From Octopus vulgaris (taxonomy: Eukaryota): DNA of 64,000 nucleotides. Under the pieces are notes generated by a model. It made no database searches and was not told the origin of the DNA. It worked only from the letters and a program-made list of their open reading frames with translations. The position numbers and the translations under genes were made by a program. This document shows, in pieces, positions 24,655 through 36,860 of the stretch (the stretch's first letter is position 1; every line of letters begins with the position of its first letter). The stretch is taken from contig OX597818.1 of assembly GCA_951406725.2 (NCBI GenBank), positions 78,430,001-78,494,000 on the forward strand. Direction: 5' to 3'.

Positions 24655-26060
24655 TAACCGAAGATAGTTGAGAGAAAATGAAGGGGCTGAACATAGCATG
24701 GATTCACTACCTGAAGGCATATGATAGTATTACTTACATATGGATCCTGGCAACCCGAGCCATGAATAAGGTAGCACCGTTATTATGAAAATACATGAAA
24801 CATATCATGAGTAAATGGCAAAGTTTTCCTTTGCAGTTACAGACAAGAGAGAATTGTAAAAACTAAACCTATCTCCATTAGGGAAGGAATATTCCAAGGA
24901 AATTCCCTCTCACCACTGTTTTTTTTTTCTGTCTAGTGTGTCAATGTCTTTGACTGACAAGTTAAAGAGAATTGGATATGGATACAACTGCTATAGAAAA
25001 ACAATGAACCATCTTTTGTATATGGATCATCTCAAACTGTATTTTAAGTTAAACATTACGCCAGACGCTACACTGATTTCCCGAAGAAATCGATATTATA
25101 TTCGGCTTCGAAAAATTCGCCAAAGCAACCTTGAAGAGAAGAAAATTCATTAAGACTTCAAATATAATCCTAGATAAGGACACCGAGATAAGAGACTTAG
25201 ATCAAATCCAGACATACAAATACGATGATTTAGACAGTATACGAAATACACAAACGAAAGGGAAAGATTAGGAAAGAATATTATAGACGTATTACATTAA
25301 TACTTGAAACAGAGCTAAATGCAAATAAGATAGGAGACATCAACAGTGCAACGATCTCATTAATAATAATTTACAGTCTTAATTTTGTCTATTGGACGTT
25401 AAACAAATAAGATAGACTAGACAGGAAAAGAGGTAGTGACTGCATTTAGAATACACCATCCAAAATCTGGCACTGAAAGACTATATTTACAACGTATACA
25501 ATGCGGTAGGGATCTAATACAACTACACAGCTGTCACAAAATATCCACAGTAAAACTACAAAACTATGTAGTGCAGAATCATGAAAAATCAAAACAAATA
25601 GCAACTAAGTATGAACAAAGCAAAAGACTGTTTCTGGTCAAGAAAGCCAACAAATACAAAACAGTTACTACAATCACAAATAACTATGAAGAAAATGGAG
25701 AAACAACAACAAATCGTAATATCTAAAAGAAAATTGGGACCACAGAATGCCATAAGGAAAGCCCTTAAATATCCAGTTCCAAGAAAAGCTGAACAGAAAT
25801 CCCATGGTGGAGGAGAGCAGGAATCAAAGTAGAGGTTTCTTGATTGAGGCACAAGGCCTCACTAAAAGTCACCAAAAGCATATGCTGAAGTATAACAATT
25901 AATTGAAACATAGGTACATAATATGCGAAGATAAGAAACAAAACTAATTACCTTTACCTGTCCAATCCTGACTTATCCAAGAAAGAACACATCCACATAT
26001 ACGACAGGGTTGGGACAACATGCACTAGAAGTTGTGTCGCATAATCAAATACTAACAGAA
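24655..26060 (+). mobile_element. Highly degenerate R4/Dong LINE RT region
   Basis: LNIAWIHYLKAYDSI; GIFQG; NHLLYMDHLKLY; HHPKSGTERLYLQR. Confidence 0.78.
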
Positions 26061-26439
26061 AAGTGATGGTACGGGAAAAGAAGTGTTTTACTCAAGAACA
26101 CTGCCTGGTCCAAGAATCGAAACTGCAATCTTTCGATCGTGTGACACCCTGACCACTAAGCTACGCATTCACCTTCCCTTTACAAGTTGCTTGCAATTCA
26201 GAATGAAGAAACTTGAAAGACAGACTGCCCTCGCTGCAGAGAACAAACCACTACTTCTCTAAGGTTAACGTCATTTATCAACCAATTAATCTGTTTAATT
26301 TCATAGACCAGGTTTCTCAAAATTTACTTAATTTCAATTAACAGATTTCAAAATTCTAAAAATAACATACACTTTATAACTAAGATATTATTTTCGCTAA
26401 TTTTCACTGAACGTGTTTTAATTAAAAAGGGCAAAGACT

Positions 26440-26761
26440 CTCCTTCGGTCATGAATGGCCAAGGAATGCACTTGGAAAGTCCCCCTCCAAGGGTCAAGTT
26501 CAGGCATTGTTGCTTATGGAAAACAAGCAGTCTCCCATGCATACTAGCCTCCCCTTTCCACCCCGCTAATCTTATCTAAGGGGAAGGTAAAGGCCGATAC
26601 AGCTTGGCACCAGTGACGTCGCAACTCATTTCTACAGCTGAGTGACCTGGAGCAACGTGAAATAAAGTGTCTTGCTCAAGAACACAACATAGAGCCCAGT
26701 CCGGGAACGAAATCACTACCTCATGATTGTGAGTCCGACACTCTAACCACTGAGCCATGCG
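26440..26761 (-). mobile_element. Family-B SINE
   Basis: Reverse complement of 24367-24650, including its private variants. Confidence 0.85.
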
Positions 26762-27599
26762 AACACATTACATAATAATATGTCCTCTTCCTAACAGCAG
26801 TAAATTCACTTTATTCTCGCTGCATGAAAACTGCAGCAATTTAATATTCATAGCACAATAAATTCATTCTCATGATCAATTTTTACATAACCTACTTCAA
26901 TACTGAATTCACACATTAGTTATATTTACATATTACTGTAGCTTTTTATGAATTAAATAGATTAATAGAAAGAAATATTGGTTGTAACTGCTTAGATGTA
27001 TTGCAGAACTTTGAATGTATGCGCGCGTGTGTGTGTGTGGGTGTGTGTTTGTAAATGTGACTCATAATGAGGTTTAGTCTTTGTTATACAATGATGCACA
27101 AGCAGAAAATATTTCAGAGGAATGGCACTTGTTTACAAAATAGCTTGAGGAGTTATTGACCACTTTTGTATATAGCTATTATTGTTGTTGGGTCGCTGCG
27201 GTCAGTTTTACTTGAGATGTTTCTTATACAATGGTGCTTCGGCAAGTTATTTCAGGTGAATGACATCCATTCTCAAGATTAGTTAATGTGTTGTTTTTGT
27301 TATTAGGGTATAGCTGTAATAATAATTTTTTTTTTTTACTTGAGAAGATTAGTGTTTCGATCTGTAACTGGATACATATGACCAACTCATTGCCACTGAG
27401 GACTGTGAATATACAAGACGTCAATTCGATTCGAGCTTTAGTGTTCAAAGACTAGTGTTGGAATGACATTCTTGCAATGGTCTTCATCTTCCATTTTGTG
27501 CTGTCTGTTGACTATGTTTTTGATACTAGAACTGGCGTTAAGGCAGCAGAATCGTTTCTACTATCCGGGTAAAATGCTTCCCAACCACACAGTTCACCG

Positions 27600-27860
27600 A
27601 AATAGAACAAAGTTCTCAATCTTAATATTAGATTTTAATGCAAGAGTATGGGGAAACCAACAAACCTAAGATTTAGTGACCTGAAATCACGGGTAATCGA
27701 AAATTAAAACAATGACTTCCAAATGATTTCTGTGCGTGCAGAACACAAAATCACGATTTCCAACATCTTACATTAGAAGAAATAACCAGTTGGATGAATC
27801 TCAGGTCCAAATACTGGCATCTTATTGATCTAATCCTGATCAAGCTGGGAGATTTCACAG
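27600..27860 (+). pseudogene. RTE-type APE endonuclease fragment
   Basis: ILILDFNARV; SWMNLRSKYWHLIDLIL, resembling the WxHPRSKHWHLIDY motif. Confidence 0.6.
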
Positions 27861-28243
27861 AGCTTTCGCTCATCCATCAATGGTATTGAAATCTGGGATG
27901 GAGTGAGAGTTGCCCTCTGTAGACTTCTAAACGATTGAAAACTTATAGACTTGACCAGACAATCGTATAACACTGTTACAAGTGAGGTAGGTAAGACCCA
28001 GAAGTGTATCTGTTAAGACGCTTAAAAGGCGAGCAAGCAGAAAATTTAGGGCGTCGGACAAAATGTTTAACGGTATTTCTTCCGGCATTTTACGTTCTGA
28101 ATTCAAACACCACCCTGTGTCAAAACTAGATAGAATTAATAATTTCGATCAGGGTGAACAGTGCAACTTCCATCTGCAAGCAAGCTTCAAAAGAAATGCA
28201 GGGCATAACCTCAGGCCTTATTATAATTATATATTTCTCAAAG

Positions 28244-28622
28244 GAGGAGGCTCAATGGCCCAGTGGTTAGGGCAGCGGACTCGCGGTCATAGGATCGCGG
28301 TTTCGATTCCCAGACCGGGCGTTGTGAGTGTTTATTGAGCGAAAACACCTAAAACTCCACGAGGCTCCGGCAGAGATGGTGGTGATCCCTGCTGTACTCT
28401 TTCACCACAACTTTCTCTCACTCTTACTTCCTGTTTCTGTTGTACTTGTATTTCAAAAGGCCAGCCTTGTCACTCTCTGTGTCACGTTGAATATCCCCGA
28501 GGACTACGTTAAGGGTACACGTGTCTGTGGAGTGCTCAGCCACTTACACGTTAATTTCACGAGCAGGCTGTTCAGTTGATCGGATCAACCGGAACCCTCG
28601 CCGTCGTAACCGACGGAGTGCT
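28244..28622 (+). mobile_element. Family-C SINE
   Basis: Head atggcccagtggttagggcagcggactcgcgg..gtttcgattccc; tail ccttgtcactctctgtgtcacgttgaat..cgtaaccgacggagtgc. Confidence 0.88.
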
Positions 28623-29614
28623 TCCTATTTGCCAAAGGATTTCACTTTAAACAGGAAACTTTTGTGAAATGTTTTCAGCGAGTTTGGCCACCTACCTGGA
28701 TTCTTGGATCTCCTTTGCTAATTTTGCAAGGAAATAATAGCCAGAATTGTTGTTGGGGGTACGAGAACAGTTCGGTTTCAAACGTTAAGTCAAACACGGC
28801 GTGTACTATTCTGTTACTTAAAGGTAACAGAAAAAGAAATGGCAAGGTCACCACTAACCTCAGATTTGATCATTATGTTCATGTATCTTATACTTTTGAA
28901 GTTATATAGACCGTCGTCTATATGTTGCTGCAGAATATGAGAACATAGACCCAGTAGTTGTCATTCAAAAACCTGAGGTCATACGCCAGTGTCATATTAT
29001 TCCACTCTGCCTCCTTCTTTCTCAGTTAAATAGAAACACAATGCTGTGATCATTTGATCCACATGTTTTGATATTATCATTTCCAATGAGTGCATGGTGA
29101 AGGAGGAAATTTAAAACTGCCCTAGACAATACTCTGCATGCTTCAGATGGCCCAGAAGCAGAGTTCTTGTCAATAAACAGCTGAGTCACCGTGCCAAATT
29201 TTTGCCTGAACAGGCAGTCTTAATCTTTACTTTCTAAAACTGAAGACATACTTAAGCACTGTCTTCAATGGATTTAGTGGATGCCAGCCCCTCAATACTT
29301 GGTCTGATTTTGCTTGTTATATACCATGTATGTGTGTGTGTATGTATATGTATATACACACGTACATACATATAAACATACAGAGTGAGGGATTCCGAGT
29401 GGGAAAGAAGGTTCACAATATACGCGAAAATATGAAAATAGAAGGCAAATTAAAAACAACTTATTGATACTTTCGACGCTCAGTGAGGTGATCAAGAAAA
29501 TGAAAGTGTGTTTGGCGGTTCGAATTTTGCTCTCTTTTTACAGAAAACAGAAGACGAAGACAAGTGAAGAAACAACAAGCAGGTGTATTAATTTAACACT
29601 CGGGAAGAAGAATG

Positions 29615-29653
29615 TCCTTGATGTTTCGAGCCTACCCCCTTCGACAGAAAGGA
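29615..29653 (-). ncRNA. Variant/degenerate minimal hammerhead motif in a pLTR-like repeat (about 29380-29720)
   Basis: UCCUUU CUGUCGA A gggggUAGGcuc GAAAC AUC AAGGA. Stem I is present, but the core (CUGUCGA) and stem III are non-canonical. Confidence 0.45.
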
Positions 29654-29865
29654 TTGAGAGAGAAAAAGCGGAGAAGAAAAAAAGAGAAAATGGAATGAGA
29701 AAAAATGTGTAGGGATTAACAGTTCAACATAAAATACATACATACATGTATACAAATGTATGTATACATATATGCATAAATATGTCTATATATATATATG
29801 TGGACTCTGGAAAAAGTATAAGTATTTGTGAAGGAAATCTAATTCTCGCCGACAACTATGATTGT

Positions 29866-29910
29866 CACACGCTGACGAGAGGTCAATACCTCGAAACTCG
29901 AGTCCGTGTG
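29866..29910 (+). ncRNA. Intact minimal type I hammerhead ribozyme; predicted cleavage 3' of C29904
   Basis: CACACG CUGACGA GAGGU caau ACCUC GAAAC UCGA GUC CGUGUG. All core nucleotides present, perfect stems I and II, palindromic ACUCGAGU. Confidence 0.93.
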
Positions 29911-30169
29911 TATCATAAGTTGAAGACGGAAGGATGACTGAAATACTGACAGGACACAGAAAGTGTGTCTATGGCCAGCTGGAGGAGTGTCCTCCTGGGG
30001 CTAAAAACTACAGTAGCATCCACCCTTAGGGGTTAGCCATATTGAAATGGCAAAAATACGTCACGAGTTACCGCTACTGTATATAACTCACTTTGATATT
30101 TATCATTGTTTGATTTCACTTTTCAATATCAGCGACAGTGGACGTGAAGACGCCGACAACTATGATTGT

Positions 30170-30213
30170 CACACGCTGACGAGAGGTCAATACCTCGAAA
30201 CTCGAGCCGTGTG
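30170..30213 (+). ncRNA. Second hammerhead copy with a 1-nt deletion in the cleavage triplet (GUC->GC)
   Basis: Identical to 29866-29910 except gaaactcgag-ccgtgtg. Confidence 0.8.
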
Positions 30214-30367
30214 TATCAAAAGACGGGAAGGATGACTTCCTTTGCAAATACTGACAGGACACAGAAAGTGTGTCTATGGCCAGCTGGAGGAGTGTGTCCT
30301 CCTGGGGATAAAAACTACAGTAGCATCCACCCTTAGGGGTTAGCCATATTGAAATGGCAAAAATACG

Positions 30368-30424
<57 letters not shown>

Positions 30425-30479
30425 TATATGCATATATGTATACACACATATATATATTTGTGTGTGTGTGTCTATAGAT

Positions 30480-30535
<56 letters not shown>

Positions 30536-30539
30536 GTGT

Positions 30540-30885
30540 GGAGGTGCAATGGCCCAGTGGAGGTTAGAGCAGCGGACTTGCGGTTTCGATTCCCAGACCG
30601 GGCGTTGTGATTGTTTATTGACCGAAAACACCTAAAGCTCTACGAGGCTCCAGCAGGGGGGGGGGGGCAACCCTGCAGTACTCTTTCATCACATCTTTCT
30701 CTAACTCTTTCTTTCTGTTTTTGTTGTACCTATATTTCAAAGGGCCAGCCTTGTCACACTCTGTGTCACGTTGAATCTCTCCGAGAACTACGTTAAGGGT
30801 TAACGTGTCTGTAGAGTGCTCAGTCACTTGTACGTTAATTTCTCGAGTAGGCTGTTCCGTTGATCGGATCAACGACGGAGTGCCA
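30540..30885 (+). mobile_element. Family-C SINE
   Basis: Collinear with 28244-28622. Confidence 0.85.
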
Positions 30886-30919
30886 CGAAATATATATATA
30901 TTTCTATGTATGAATGAGC

Positions 30920-33900
30920 TACTCCGTGTCGGACACCGGAATGATATTTGATTACTTTATAGAGCGTTTGGGTGTCGGTTCGGTGTTTAGCACGGGATAC
31001 CTTACCTCATGGGTAGGTAGATGGCCTTTAACCCTCGTTGGTAATCTACCTAGGAGAAGGAAATCTCCAAAATAAAATCTGATGCCTTGGAATTACCTGG
31101 TTTTGTAAATGTTCATGTCACACCGGTGAAAGTCTTCTTGAGATAGGTGGGGGTAGTGTAGTACAAGCTACACCCACTGAAAATTATTCATCTGGACAGG
31201 TACTTTTTGTACATGTGCAGATGAATAATCATTGAATTGGTTGGCAGAAGCCTAAAAATGCACTTGTAACTTACTCTAAAATGTCTCAAACAGATTCGGT
31301 AAATGGCAAAAAAGGCTTGGGAACGTCAGAAGAACAGGTCTAGCTCAGCAGGTGTCCCAGTGTGTCACAAGCGGGGCCCGATCATTACATTGCCACTGTA
31401 GTCAAACAATCTTCAAGAAGGAATAAAAATATACACCCACTGAATTTTGGCTGTTGGAATGTGCACAAACTCCTAGATAATTTTAACATGAGGCCAGAAA
31501 GGCGTACTGCACTTATTGCATGTGAGCTTGCAAAATATTCCCGTGATATAGTTGCGCTCTTTGAAACTCGTCTTTCAGGTGAAGGTCTAATAAATGAACC
31601 TACTTATGGATATACTATCATCTGGAGAGGCGTACCTGAAGGTCAGCGTGGAGAATCTGGTGCTGGATTTGCTCTCTAGAATTCATTAGTATTCTCTATT
31701 GCAGAATTTCCTAGTGGTGTATCTGAACGAACCATGTCATGCCATATAAAACTGACAAAAGGTAAGTTTATTACCGTTGTCAGTATTTATGCACCAACAA
31801 TGTCTCAAGCTGATGAAACTGTTGAACAGTTTTATGACAATCTTGCACAATCATTGAGGAAACTACCAATTTATGACAAGCTGGTCATATTGGAAAATTT
31901 CAACGCAGGAGTTGGAAATGACTACGTTTCATGGCCTGTTTTAGGCTGACATGGGATTGGAAAATGTAATAAAAATGGAGTAGCTCTTTTGACGTTTTGT
32001 ACTGAGAATAGTCTGGTTGTCACCAACAGTCTATTTAAGCAGAAAAAAATGTAAACCAACTGGATACACCCGAGATCTAAGGACTAGGGTCTTATAGATT
32101 ATATTTTGATCAGAAAGCGTGATATGAAAGATGTTTCTAGTGCTAGAGCCTTGAAAGGAGCAGAGTGCTGAACTGACCATCGCCTAAGTCGATAGTCTGT
32201 TCCTAAGGTACACAATTACCAAGCAACTTGCAAAGATTCCACGATGCTATAGAAAGTATCAATCTTGACCCGAACAATCTATGGGAAGATTTCAAAACAA
32301 AAGTATTTCAGGCAATAAGTTCGTCAGTGTGATTTAAATTGCGTAAGTCATGTGACTTGATTTCAGACAAATTAGCAGAAATTCATGATCTACTTTTAGA
32401 AAAACAAAACTTAGGCAATACCCTTCTTTCTTAGTCCTTGAACCCCAAATCAAACGAAGTTTACAGAAAGCTGAAATTGAAAGTGCAGACTCTTCTAAGG
32501 AAAACTAAACAGGAATGGAAGAATGTTAGAGCAAAAGGGGCACAAGAAGTAGCTGACAGAAATGACGCCAAGAGTTTGTACGCTTATGTTAAGGGGGTAT
32601 ATGGCCCAAAATCTTCAATAGCTCCAATAAGGACAGCAAATGGACATTTGCTTCTGGCTGACATCTCTTCTATTCATAAGTGCTAAGTAGAACATTTTTC
32701 TGCACTTTTGAATAGACCATCATCTGCTGACATGGTGATAGAAAAAATTGAACACCTTCCAACTCTAAATGACATTTATTTAGCTGTGAATAAGCTGAAT
32801 AACAATAAGTCTCCAGGGTCTGATGGAATCTGTGCAGAGGTCTTGAAATATGGGGGTGACAAAATTTTGAACTCATAAATATACTAATTTGTCACTGTTG
32901 GAGAACTGAGAAAGTGCTTCAAGATTGGATCGATGCCATTTTAGTCCTCTTGTATAAATCAGGGCCAAAGTATCTGTGTGGTGATTTTCGTGGGATTTCG
33001 CTTTTGTCTGTAGTTGGAAAAGTACTTGCCCGCATTCTGTTAGAACGTTTAAATACCTTCATAGTTCCAAATTTGGTGTCTTAATCTCTGTGGTTTACGC
33101 TCCTCCAGTGGCACAGTTGATTGTAGCTTTACTACCAGATAATTTCAGGAAAAGTGCATTGAACAGAGCCCTATACCATTGCTTTGTTGATTTGTACAAA
33201 GCATTCGATATTGTTAATCGAAATGCTCTGTGGCTAATTCTAAAGAAAATAGGTTGTCCAGAAAAAATTTATAAATATGATCAGGGCTTTGCATCAAGAT
33301 ATGAAAGCTAGAGTTAATTTTGGTGGTAGGCTCTCTGAATCTTTTGCCGTGGAAAAGGGAGTAAAACAAGGAGACCTTGATGCATCAACCCTCTTTGCAA
33401 TATACTTTGCTGTTGTGCTGTCACACGCTTTTCAAAACTCCGAGGAGGGTATTTACATAAAATATCGAACAACAGGGAATGTTTGTAATCCGACCAGACT
33501 GAAATTCAAAATGAAGGTTTTTTACTTCACTCAATAGGGAACTTTTATATGCTGACGATTGCGATCTAATCAGTCATTCTGAAATAGGTCTGCAATCTCT
33601 TCTTCTGTCTGGATTTAACTCAGCTTGTGATGATTTTGGCTTGACCATAAACTTGAAAAGGACAGTCGTAATGTATCAACCTGCATGTGGTGCTCTTTGG
33701 AACCCCACTCCAAATTTTTTGTTAAGGTTAAGTTACTTGAGGTTATTGATTCTTTCTTCTACCTTGGAAACTCTGTACAAAATGATGAAAATTTGGACAC
33801 AGAAACACATCTGCGAATTCAAAGGGCAGAACAAGCATTTGATGGTTTGGAGTCATGCGTTTGGCGTCAACGACATATAAATAACAACACAAAATTGGCT

Positions 33901-34940
33901 CTTTACAAATCTTTTGTCGTACCATCCCTGTTGTATTCTTCTGAAACATGGACATCTTATGGAAGATATTTCAAATTGTTAGAACAATTCTACTAAAAAT
34001 GCCTTCCTCGCATTTTAAACATTAAATGGAGTTCTTTTACTTTAAATACAAATGTCCTTGCGTCTCCAGGCATCACTTCAATTAAAGCAATGATTTTAAA
34101 AAACCAAATGAGATGATCTGGCCATATTGTTCGAACAGCGGATGAATACGTTCATCCGCACACCCAAACAATTGTTTTATGGTGAGCTTGCAGAGGGGAA
34201 ACGCTATCGGTGTAAACCTAAAAAGAGGCTTTAGGACGGCATAAGAACTGCCATAAAGTCACTTGGAATGGATCTAGAGGACATAGAAACCCTTGTTTCG
34301 GATCGAGCTGGATGGCGAAGAAAAGTGTGGAGTGGAACGAAAGCGTTTGAAGAGGCCAGAATAACGCATGCAAGACTAAAGATAGATTTAAAGATGAATG
34401 TTACGATCGAGAAGGTAAATCACAATGGCCTTTTCGTGTGCAGTTTGTGACCACACCTTTCTTTTGTTGGGCTCAGATTACATTTGCGGACCCATGAAAA
34501 AGGAACCTCCACTAACTATTCTGCGTTTTTGTCTGTGCACACCTTTGAATGACATGTATGCCGTAAGGTCTGCAAATCTAACGGAGGTCTCAAAAGATAT
34601 TTTTAGATCCACAAAGATTAAAACTTAGCTGCAGCTCCTGGTGGTCCAAATAGGATATGCAAACTATGTGGATGTCTTTTCAATATATTGTCTGGTTTTA
34701 AAAGCCACGTCAGACGCCATGATGGTTCTAAGGTGCAGGTACAGGAAATAGCCAGACTCTGCATAAGGACACAGACACCAGCACACAGACACCCACACAT
34801 ACACATATATATGACTTAAAATTAGCAAAGCGAAAGCTCCATCGATGGCTTCATGTTTGAACATTAAAAGACAGCTTTTTATGAATGCAGAGAAGGCAGT
34901 TACATACTCAGGATGAGTAAGGAGAAGCCTCATCGACGAT
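30920..34940 (+). mobile_element. Near full-length RTE-clade LINE fossil (APE, RT, C-terminal C2H2 fingers)
   Basis: GCWNVH..RPERRTALIACELAKY..ALFETR; SIYAPT; NFNA; TDHR; KSPGSDG; FRGISLLSVVGK; FVDLYKAFD; GVKQGD; LLYADD; FFYLG; LLYSSETW; many stops and frameshifts. Confidence 0.93.
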
Positions 34941-35996
34941 GTTCCAGGTTATACGGAGCTAGTCATTTCGATGGTTCCGATATCACCAGATAAATAGAGA
35001 CAACGAAATGGAACTTTCTCTGACCTTGGATCTGAAGACATGTATATGCTGATTGAGCCTGCCCTTGAAGTAATTGATGGTGAATCCCTTGTTGTTTCTC
35101 GAGATATCATTATGTGGAGTGAGCATCATCTGACAGACTCCTGCATAGAAAAGTAAATTGATTTTGACAGTTGTATGTACGCGTTTAAGATATATTATAC
35201 GGAGATATACAGAATTTTTTTTTGTTGTAACGTGCGATGTTAGACATCATACTGTCTTGACAAGAGTAACTAACCATATCATTATACACATTAAGATGCT
35301 TGTAGGTATTTATGTGAACTTGTAGAAAGTTGTATTATTAAAGATAGAATAGTTCGTAAAGTAATCTAAATAGAACGAAGGGTTGAACCCAAAATTATTC
35401 TCTACTTACTGAACTCCCTAGGAGTGATATAGACGATACTCTGTATCCACTAAATTCTCATGAATATTATTTCTCGCCAATGCCTTTTGGTAATTGGTAT
35501 AGTGCTGTCAAAGATAACCTGAACAGTTCTAACTTTTGACAGGTATTAAGGTTCCAGTTATAGAACTACCCTTATAAGGCGGAATACTTAATGGAGAGGC
35601 CATATATGCGTAATCATAAGAATTCCAGTCAGCTCACTGTTAAAATCAAAGTCGAAATACACACACACACACACACACAGAGGCAAAAACATACACCCAA
35701 AATATATTTTCTTGGCTTCGCGAGAGAAGATTTATAAAAGAGGATTTCTATGTGTTGCAAGTTTGGTGATGCCTGGAGAATTCAATTCGTAACAAACATT
35801 CAATGAAGCTGGATGGGAAGGTGACCCATGTCAAGGTTGGTTGTAGTGTCCTTCTTTTTCCTCCATTTTGTCTAGTCAGCAAAGAAGGTCCTGCGGGTAT
35901 CATCAAAGAAGGTTGTTACCTGGAGAACATAGATATGTGTGTGTGTGTGTGTGTACATATGTATGCATGTATGTACACACACACACACACATACAC

Positions 35997-36086
<90 letters not shown>

Positions 36087-36119
36087 CCTGGCTTTATATA
36101 TATATACACACATATCGCG

Positions 36120-36293
36120 AAAGGCCTGGTTGGAGGCCCGAACTTCCGAGTTCTTTTACAAGGCTTAGAAATTCTGAACGACCGATGGAATAAGTGTGTG
36201 AATCTGAGAGAGGAATATGTTGAATAAAACCATAATTAACCGATTCTCCTGTTTTCTTTTACCTAAAGCCAGGAACTTTTCAGTACCTCCTTG
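36120..36293 (+). mobile_element. Mariner 3' fragment with right TIR
   Basis: [28 protein letters not shown], followed by ggaacttttcagtacctccttg+TA. Confidence 0.75.
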
Positions 36294-36804
36294 TATAATA
36301 TATATATATATTTAAGTGACATGCCTACTTATTCCTTATTCATTCAATCCACACATGCTTTTTTACATGTGGAAAAATTACCTAAAACTTTCGTTAGCTG
36401 AACATCAGTGCAAACCGGATCGTGGTAAATTAAACATGATTTTTTTTCTTTTCCTACAAAATCTAATTTAGCTGCAATGCACAGAAAAGGGCATACACTG
36501 AAATCATTTTCTATACAAAAGATTCGAAGAGACATGTGTTTCCTTTTTCTTTTCTTTTGTAAACTTGTGTTATATGCATCAAACTTATTTTATGAATACG
36601 TACAACAATATGTTTTCAGTTAAACTATAGTACGAAAACATTTATCGTGTGAAAGTATTTTTATTTTTATTTTCATGCATATGAATGCAAAGAATAAATC
36701 TATTTACCCCTTATGTTAAAATTGTTTTTATTGGACAAAAAATATATAAAAATTTGATCTCACTTTCAACCTTCTCTCAATATGTATTGCACACATACAT
36801 ACGA

Positions 36805-36860
<56 letters not shown>

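Larger units (their letters stand above)
29847..30371 (+). mobile_element. Tandem 304-bp unit (1.7 copies), each with a hammerhead; retrozyme-like or solo tandem pLTR
   Basis: Copy 1 at 29847-30150; copy 2 at 30151-30371, ending in (TA)n. Non-coding, with extra hairpins GACACA/TGTGTC, GGAGGA/TCCTCC and GCCAT/ATGGC. Confidence 0.82.

Noticed and set aside
28690-29150. Exon-like stretch ending AAG|GTAACA
   Set aside because: Translates to EQFGFKR and downstream EEI-like remnants, more consistent with a very old LINE RT fragment.
29930-30022. Second ribozyme inside the 304-bp unit (ggatga..aaaactacagtagcatcc)
   Set aside because: ggatg/catcc pairing and AAAC-UACA-GUA are suggestive, but no CUGANGA or GAAA core is present in either copy.
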